Positions 54,936-64,000 of a stretch of DNA of 64,000 nt are shown piece by piece. The stretch is from Pristiophorus japonicus. Taxonomy: Eukaryota. Numbering within the stretch: the first letter of the stretch is position 1; every line of letters starts with the position of its first letter. The DNA lies in contig NC_091980.1 in the NCBI RefSeq assembly GCF_044704955.1, positions 129,394,001 through 129,458,000 of the forward strand. Reading direction: 5' to 3'. The notes under the pieces were generated by a model. It was given only the letters and a program-made list of their open reading frames with translations. It did no database searches and was not told the DNA's origin. The position numbers and the translations under genes were made by a program.

Positions 54936-55945
54936 CTCAATAAGGATCTCAATTGTCCGAACTTTCCTCAAACACAGTTCAAATATTCAGAGTCACAGGT
55001 TTAATTGGATTCTCTATTCTTTGGGCTAATTAATTAGAATGTTTAATTCAGCTATCGGAAACACTTAAACCATAAGTGCTCCCTTTATAAGGGGGAATCA
55101 ACTGTCAGATCCACATTATGACAAAACTAACATAAAAACTAAAAACAATTTACATTATTTCCCTGTATCCACGCTGCGCTCCCCTCCCGCTGGTGCCCTC
55201 CGATGACAAAAAGCCTCAAGCATACCGGGAGACACCGCGTGCTCCCAATCCAGGGATACCCGGGCACGGAAAAAGCCATGGAAGAGAGGCAGGCAGACGG
55301 AGAGAACATCCCATCGACCGTGCTCTGCCTGGACCAGTTAATGGCCACCTTGAAAGGTTCATTGAATCCTCTGTTGTTTGCGAGTCAGTGTTTTTTTAAT
55401 AGTTCTGGATTGTTCAGTAGGTTGATCATTTGCAGGTATCTGCGGTTTGAAGCAACATCCAAACAACTTATTGGATATTTGTCTAATAGACTGAGACGAT
55501 AGACAGAGAAGTCGAGAAAGGGAAGTGAAGTGACAGAAATGGACCATGTGAAGGTGAGTGAAGGGTGGAAATTGGGAACATAGTGAATTAAATGTTCCAG
55601 TTTATTGTGAGAGCAGGAAAAGGCACCAATATTATCAATGTGCTGGGAAAAGAGGTGAGGGAGGGGCCATGGTGGGATTTTAATACAAGGATAAGAATCT
55701 TGAATTTGAGGCGCTGTCAGACTGGGAGCCAATGATGGTCCACAAGCACAGGGGCCATGGGTGAGTGGGACTCGGTGTGTGTTAGGATACGGGCAGCAGA
55801 GTTTTGGATAAGCTTAAGTTTATGGAGCATGTAAGGCTAGCAGGAGAGCATTGAAATAGTCAATTCTAGAGATAAAAAGGCACAGATGAGTGTTAACCAT
55901 TAGCGCAGTTCTGAGCTCAGACCGAGAAATACCTACAGCTGAACC

Positions 55946-57428
55946 CATCATCATAGGCAGTCACTCGGCATCCAGGAAGACTTGCTTTCACACCTAAAGT
56001 GAGTTCTTTGGTGGCTGAACAGTCCAACATGAAAGCCACAGGCCCTGTCACAGATGGGACAGATATTCATCGGGGGAAGGGGGTGGGTGGCACTGATTTA
56101 CCACATGCTCCTTCCGCTGCCTGACCTCTTCACGCTCGCAGCGTTGAGATTCGAAGAGCTCAACGCCCTCCCGGATGCACTTTTTCCAACTAGGATGGTC
56201 TTCGGCCAGGGTCTCCCAGGCATCAGTGGTGCTGTCGCAGGGAGGTTTTGAGGGTGTCCTTGTAACGTTTCCACTGCTCAACTTTGGCTCGTTTGCCATA
56301 AAGGTGTTCCGCATAGAGCAGTTGCTTAGGGAGTCTCATGTCTGGCATGTGGACTAAGTGGCCTGCCCAGCAAAGCTGATCACATGTGGTCAGTGCTTCA
56401 ATGTTGGGGATGTTAGCCTGCACGAGGATACTGATGTCGGTGCGTCTGTCCTCCCAGGGAATTTGCAGGATCTTACGGAGGCATCTTTGGTGATATATCT
56501 CCAGCGACTGGTGTGCCTTCTGTAAGTCGTCCATGCCTCTGATCCATGCAGTAGGGTGGTATTACTGCAGCCCTGTAGAGCGTGAGCTTGGTGGTAGGTT
56601 TGAGGGCCTGGTCTTCGAACACTCGTTTCCGCAGGCAGCCGAAGGCTGCACTGGTGCACTGGAGGCGATATTGAATCTCCGCATCAATGTCTGCCTTTGT
56701 TGACAGGAGGCTCCCGAGGTATGGGAAGTGGTCCACGTTTTCGAGGGCCACGCCGTGAATCTTGATGTCTGGGGGTCGTGCTGTGCGACGAAGACAGGCT
56801 GATGTGGACATTTGTCTTAAGGATCTTAAGTGCAAGGCCCATGATTTCATATGCCTCGGTGAATACATCGACTATATCCTGGAGTTCAGCCTCAGAATGT
56901 GCGCAGACGCAGGCGTCGTCCGCATACTGCAGTTCAACGACAGAGGTTTGGGTGGTCTTGCACTGGTCTGGAGAGGGCATAGGTTAAACTGCTTCTCACT
57001 GATTCTGTAGTTTAGTTCCACTCCAGCAGGGAGCTTGTTGACAGTAAGGTGGAGTTGGCAGCGAGAAAGATTGAGAAAAGCGTTGGAGCGATGACGCAGC
57101 CCTGTTTGACCCCGCTTCGGACGTGGAACGGGTCTGTAACAAATCCGCTGATAAGGATCATGGGCTGCATGACGCCGTGGAGCAGGCGAAGGATGTTGAC
57201 AAAGCTTTGGGCGTATCCAAAATGGAGGTAGGACGCACCATAAGCCCTCACAGTCGACAGTCTCAAAGGCCTTTATAAGATCGAAAAATGCCATGTATAA
57301 GGGCTGGCACTGCTCCCTGCATTTTTCCTGCAATTGGAGTGCTGCAGAGATCATGTCCGTTGTTACCCGTAGGGGACGAAATACGCACTGTGACTCCAGG
57401 AGGAGCTCCTCGGCCACAGGGAGAACAC
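55946..57428 (-). mobile_element. RTE-clade LINE, duplicate of 21597-23088
   Basis: Same motifs, same truncation point and same flanks. Confidence 0.88.
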
Positions 57429-58119
57429 GGTTGAGGTGAACTGAACCACATCCCTGTGCAGCATGTAAAGTTTATATAGAACCTTGGCTAGACAACACTT
57501 GGAGTATTGTGCACAGTTCTGATCTCCATAGAATTATATAGAAAGTTAGAATCAATAATCTAAGAGAGACTTCAAAAGAAACTTCTTTACTCAGAGAGTG
57601 TTCAGAATGTTTAACTCGCTATCAAAAGGAATAGTTGAGACAAAAAGCATAGACGCGGTTAAGGGGAAGCTGGATGAACACTTGAGGGAGGAAGGATTGG
57701 AAGGATATGCTGATAGGGTTAAATGAAGTTGGGAGGAGGCTCAGTGTGTGAAGTCAAGTCCTCTCAGTACTTCGCTCTCCATGCTCATGATTGAAAGACT
57801 ATTAAATCGATCTTGTCTCATTCGGTTCCTCACCTCATCATTGATGTGTTTTACGTTCAAGAAGAACCGCTCACCACTGCAATTTGCCAGGCCTATTTCT
57901 GTGCTGTAAATTCGATGTAATTCTTAAAACAAGGGCATCTGTAAAGTTTTTCACATCGAGTGAGCTGAAGAATTTGTTTTATCTGAAACATGAAGCCGTC
58001 AAACCCATCAGCACGCAAAACCCAACATGACTTGTAGAATTGTGACTCATCAATGTATGAATTGTGGTGACATCTATACTCCAAAAGTGCCATTGAGAGA
58101 TGCAAAGAGTACAGTAAAA

Positions 58120-60680
58120 TAGTGGTTATGTTACTGGACAAGTAATTCAGAGGCCTGGACTAATGATCCAAAGTCCCACCACGGCAGCTGGGGAATTGAA
58201 ATTCAGTTAATTAAATTAAAATCTGGAATAAAAAGCAAGTATCAGTAATGTTGCCCAGGGAGCTATCGGATTGTTGTAAAAACCCATCTGCTTCACTAAT
58301 GTCCTTCGGGAAGGAAATCTGGCCAATATGACTCCGAACCCAAAGCAATGTGGCTAAGTCTTAACTGCCCTCTGAAATGGCCTAGCAAGCCAATCAGTTA
58401 TAACAAACCGCTACGAGAAACAATAATTCGAATAAAACAGGATGGACAACACGGCATTGACCTCAGCACCGGCTTCTGACATGACAATGGTACGCCCAGC
58501 CCAGTCGACCCTGCAATGTCCTCCTCACTAACATCTGGTATCTTGTGCCTAAATGGGGAGAGCTGTCCTACAGGTTAGTCAAGCAACAGCCCGACATATT
58601 CACAAGCACAGAATCATACCTTTCAGCCAATGTCCCAGATTCCTCCTTCACCATCCCTGCGTATGTCCTGTCCCACCAGAAGGGCAGACACACCAGAAGT
58701 GGCGGCTCAGTGGTATATAGTCGGGAGGGAGTAGCAGTAGGAGTCCTGAACATTTACTCTGGACCTTATCAAGTCTCAAGGGTTCAGGTCAAGCTTGGGC
58801 ATGGAAACCTCCTGCTGATTACCACCGACCGCCCTCCCTCAGCTGATGAATTAGTACTCCTTCATGTTGAAGGCCACTTGGAAGAAGCACTGATATTAGC
58901 AGCAGGCTTCAATATCCATCACCAAGAGGGGCTCGGTCGCACTGAGCAAGCGGGCTGAGTCCTGAAGGACATAGCATCCAGATTGGGCTTCCGACAGATG
59001 GTGAGAGAATCAACACAAGGGAAAAACCTACTGATCTTATCCTCAGCAATCTACCTGTCACAGATTCATCTGTCCATGACAGTATTGGTAGCAATGACCA
59101 CCACACAGTCCTTGTGGAGACAAAGTCTTGTCTTCACACTGAGGACACCCTCCTTCGTGGTGAGTGGCTTGACCACAGTGTTAAATGGAATAGATTCAAA
59201 ACAGATCTAGCAGCTCAAAACTGGTCATCCATGAGGCACTGTGGGTCATCAGCAACTGCAGAATTGTATTGCACCACAATCTGTAAATTCCTGGCCACAC
59301 CTCTTGCCAAGCTGTTCCAGTACAGAGACACTGGCATCTACCCGACAATGTGAAAAATTGCCCTGGTACGTCCTGTCCAGAAAAAGCAGGACAAATCCAT
59401 TCAGGCCAATTTCCGCCCCATCAGTCTACACTCAATCATCAGCAAAGTGAGGGAAGATTTTGTCGCCAACAATCTGCTCACCGATGCCCAGTTTGGGTTG
59501 TGCCAGGACCACACGGCTCTTGATCTCATTGCAGCCTTGGTCCAAACATGTACAAAGGAGCTGAATTCCAGGTGAGGTGAGAGTGACTGCCTTTCACAGC
59601 AAGGCAGCATCTGATGGAGTGTGGCATCAAGTAGACCTTGTAAAAGTGAAGTCAATGCGAATATCGAAAACTCTCGATGAGCTGGACTCATATCTAACAC
59701 AAAGGAAGTGGTTGTTGGAGGTCAATCATCTCAGCCCCAGGACATCTCTGCAGGAATACCTCAGGGCAATGTCCTTGGCCCAGCTATCTTAAGCTGCTTC
59801 ATCAATGAACTTCCCTCCATCATAAACACCAGAAGTGGGAATGTTTGCTGATGATTACACAGTGTTCTGTTCCATTTGCAAAACATCAGAAAATGAAGCA
59901 GTCCATGCCCACATGCAGCAAGACCTGGATGACATTCAGTGTGGGGCTGATAATGGGCAAGTAGAAATGGCAACACACAAGTGCCAGGCAATGACTATCT
60001 GCAAAAAGCAAGAGTCTAACCACCTGCCCTTAACATTCACTGTCACTGAATTCCCCAGCATTAACCCCTGGGGGTCATCGCTGATCAGGAACTGAACTCG
60101 CCCAGCCGCATAAATACTCTGGTGATAAGAGCAGGCCAGAGGCAGGGTATTTTGCGGTGAATGTCTCACCTCCTGACACCGAAAGTCTTTCCAGCATTGA
60201 CAAGGCACAAGTCAGGAGTGTGGTGGAATACTCTCCACTTGACTGGCTGAGTGCAGCTTCAGCAATCATGAAGAAGCTCGACACCATCCAGGACAAAGGA
60301 GGCCGCTTGATTGGCACCCCATCCACCACCTTCCACATTCACTGTTTCCACCACCGGTGCACCATGGCTGCAGTGTTTACCATCGACAAGATGCACTGCA
60401 GCAACTCGCCAAGGCTTTTTCAGCAGCACAAGCCATCCCACGAGCTCTAGCAATTAGAAGGACAAGGGCAGCAGAAGTTTGGGAATACTATCGCCTGCAA
60501 GTTCACCTCCACGTTATACAACAACCTGACTTGGAAGTATATCACCATTCCTTTTTCATCACTGTGGCAAAATCCAGGAACTCCCTCCCGAAAAGCACTG
60601 TTGGAGCACCTTCTCCACAAGACTGCAGCGGTTCAAGAAGATGGCTGACCAGCAATTAGTGACAGACAATAAATGCTGTC
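58120..60680 (+). mobile_element. CR1/L2-group LINE, duplicate of 23995-26560
   Basis: QQPDIFTSTESYL, RSGGSVVY, ITTDRPPS and GMFADD fragments, collinear with the first copy. Confidence 0.75.
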
Positions 60681-62392
60681 CTTGAGCTCAAACATTGCGG
60701 GTCTCTATAGCTGTTACTCACTTCTTTACCCACACAGCTTAACAGAAAATCCACAGCAGCAGTGGTGCGTTTACTGAGCTACCTGCAGTAATAACTCTGA
60801 ATGCAAAGAGCATCGATGCATTTAAGGGAAAGCTCGATAAACACAAGGGCGAAAGGAATAGAAGGATATGCTGATAGGTCTAGATGAAGTGGGGTGGGAC
60901 AAGTTTCACATGGAGCATAAACCACAGCATGGGCCAGTTAGCCCAAATGGTCTTTTTCCTGTGCTGTAAATTGTAAGTAATTCTTAAAACACAAGCACCT
61001 GTAAAGTTTCACATCGAGTGAGCTGGAAAGTTGATACATGCAACCATCAACACGCAAACCCAGGCCGACTCATGGAACTGTGGCTCATCAATATTTGAAA
61101 TGTTGTAACATCGATACCCGAAAGGCGCTTGAGTGTTGCTAAGACATTAACGTGTAATGTCTGTACTTGGCAATTTAATTGCACACACAGTTCTTAGCTA
61201 AATTCCAAAAAATAACTCAAACACTGGATTATTGGAGCTGCAGCAATACCATTTGGATGGATTCATCGCCACGAAGGAGATAAATGGACATGTAGTCCAT
61301 GATGACAGTAATGAAATTCACACTGGTACTTACAAAAAAAAAAATTTGCTTATAAATTGTGGCCAGCAATGTGTTTAACAGCTTGTGCCTTTTGCTTTGT
61401 GGAATTAAATACATTTGCTCATTCCCCATGTATTAAATGTTGTTGGAGTATTGTTAGTCTTGTAATACCTTATTCATGTGAATGGAGTTTGTGTTGACAA
61501 GTTATTCAACCATTACAGAAGCAGGCAGAAGAGAACCTGTCCCAGAACCACTCAGGTATCCACACTAAGTACTGAAGCTTTGACAGCTGTTGCTTTCCCT
61601 CCTCACCCAATTGTAATGCCCAGAGTTCAGGGTGCTGAGATATTATTTTTCTGCCTACAAAGCTTAACAGCAAGCCTATAGGAGCAGTGGTGAGACCCAT
61701 TACTGAACTACCTAGATAACTGCAAAGGATCTGATGCAGCAATTGAATACAAACTGCTGTTCGTTCACAAGGCAGATAGATTAAATAGGAAGCTAATCCA
61801 GGACTTTTTCTTCACTGGACTGAAATGGTGCAATAATGAATTACTGGCAAATTGGCCCTGAGTTTAGCAGATGTTACATCTTGTTGGATTGAATTGTCAT
61901 TTGTACAAAGACAGATCGTTGGAACAAGTAATTGTATACAGCTTATCAGTCCCAAGCTCTCGAGATGCCTTCCTAAACATCTCTGTACCTCCGCAATACA
62001 TACCTCTGACCAGACTTTTGGTCACTGGGCCAACATCCCATGGGGCTGTCAGTTGTCCAAACATACCGTTGAACATTTTAGATCTTATAACAGGTGCCTG
62101 AATGGCCTAGTCAATACACAAGGGGAAAACACATTTCATAGGACTGAATCCCATATAAATGTTGCACAGCTCAGTGTAATTCTTGTTTCATGGAAACCAA
62201 GCTCTGTTAAATGAAAAATAAATAACCACTCAAACTTACAAGGCAACAAAACACAGCCCAATGTTGAACAGTTTATTTACTGTTATGGGTTTCAGCTTTT
62301 TGTACAAAGTCACAAGCCTTCATTCCCTACAGGATAGGGGCCTGATTATATAAATACAAGTACTAAACACAATAAGCTTGATCCCAGTCAGT

Positions 62393-63446
62393 TTAGTCAC
62401 TATCCCCCAGAGTGTGCTTGTCAAAAAGGTACACCCCCATGCCATTCTCAGAAGCTCCCAGTCTCTTCAGGTTGGTGATGTGATCACCAAGCTTCTTGAT
62501 CATCTTCACTTGTTCATCCAAGTAGTGGGTCTCCAGGAAGTCACACAACTGAAAAAGAGGGAAATGAGTTATGGCCAGTAGCAGATATCAAGGATCAGAG
62601 CATCCCCCCCAAGTTAGGATTTTAATTCTCTAGGAGTGGAGAAGGATCAGGTAGGGCAATTGAAATTGATGTACATATGCTCTAATGATCCAGTAGCCAA
62701 TGTACAATGTGAGCTTAGATCCAGGAAACATTGGGACCCATTTATTTCTCCATGTCCTCAGTAGGCCAACTTCATGGTCCTCTTCCCCCACTCCCTGAAG
62801 AACCCAAGAGAGAACCCCCCCACCCCCAAAAAACAAAGCTATTGGGCATGGAGCACTTTTGAAACAGCTCAAGGATAGCAATGTTCCACCACCTCCAAGT
62901 TACCCAGAAACCCACATGAGGAACTTACATGAGGGTCAGTGCTCCCAGTGGAGATTTTGTGCAGATCCAGCAGACTCTGGTTCACATTCTTCTCCATCTG
63001 CAGAGCTCTCTGCATTGCATCCAGACCATTGCTCCACTCATCCTGCTCTGGTTTCTGAAGAGGAAAATCACAGGTAGTTCACTTATAATGGAACAAACAA
63101 AATACAAAAGACAGTACAAAGGAAAATAAGATTAAAAAAAGCAACCAGAAGTCCATTTTACCATAAACAATGTGTCACAGGAATAAAGAATTACTGAATT
63201 CCACTACTACAACCATGGAATCAATTGCTTTAGGAGGTATTTGAATCAATCAGGTCTAAGGGTATCCAGACAGAAGGCCACTAGATAATTGAACCAAACC
63301 TTGATGTCAGACAAGATGATCCGTCCTCCACGGCGATTCTGGAATTGCATCAATTTCTCAGCATGCTCACGTTCCTCATGTGACTGCTCCTTGAAGAACT
63401 CAGCAAAGTGACACAGGGCAACATCATCCCGGTCAAAGTAGAACGA
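62393..63446 (-). CDS. Ferritin heavy/middle-subunit-like protein, copy A3, exons 2-4 only (exon 1 lies beyond the window end)
   Basis: Exons 63446-63300, 63054-62929, 62548-62393 are of normal length and open. Introns align with A1/A2. AATAAA at 62277-62272. Confidence 0.85.
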
Positions 63447-64000
63447 CTGCAGAGAGAAATTAAGACAGCCTATTTAGACCTTGATCTTCATATACAATGC
63501 AAGAGTTATTTTTCCCCCGATTGAAGAAATTCAAAAGATAGAAACCATTTGTAAACTAGCAAAATGCAATTTACTTCATCAATTGGAGTTGAGCCTCACC
63601 TCCCCATAGCATGATGAAAGTTTTTCCTTTGCTGGTTGAACATATAAAACTAAAGTTCAGGATTACATTTCATGTCCAGTCAAACTAAATTCTACTCCTG
63701 GATAAGCAATACCTCCTCTACTTTCTGTCATTCACACGAGAGTGTGTCAGTCATCAGGTGGATGTGAAAGATCAAGGAGGAGAGATTGAGCAGACTGAGC
63801 CTCTATTCTAGAGGCTTGAAGGATGAGGTGATGTCACTAGGAATGTACAAAATTCTTACAGGACTTGAAGGATTGGATGCAGGGAGGATGGTTCCTCTTG
63901 CTGGAGAGTCTAGAACCAGGGGTCATTGAGGACTGAGACAAGGAGGAATTTCTTCACTATGATGACTCTGAGCCTCCACAACTCCTGGGGGAGAGAATTC

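Overview
This is vertebrate genomic DNA, most likely from a cartilaginous fish (inferred from Deu-domain SINEs and abundant CR1-type LINEs). The window is a head-to-tail tandem array of seven 4-exon ferritin heavy/middle-subunit-like genes (176 aa), all on the minus strand. The genes fall into three intron/promoter types (A, B, C) repeated as A1-B1-C1 | A2-B2-C2 | A3, a higher-order segmental duplication of about 30 kb. A1, B1 and A2 carry disabling mutations. C1, B2 and C2 have intact reading frames, but C2 has charge-reversed iron-channel residues. A3 is intact as far as visible, with exon 1 beyond the window. No copy keeps a canonical 5' iron-responsive element (IRE): type B has a variant-loop hairpin, A1 a half remnant, and type C none. 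Spacers and introns contain two Mag-type Gypsy LTR elements with empty paralogous sites, solo LTRs, a Harbinger-like MITE, RTE/CR1/Tx1/Penelope fragments and a 33-bp SINE-derived minisatellite. Exon coordinates were read by hand; repeat boundaries are approximate.
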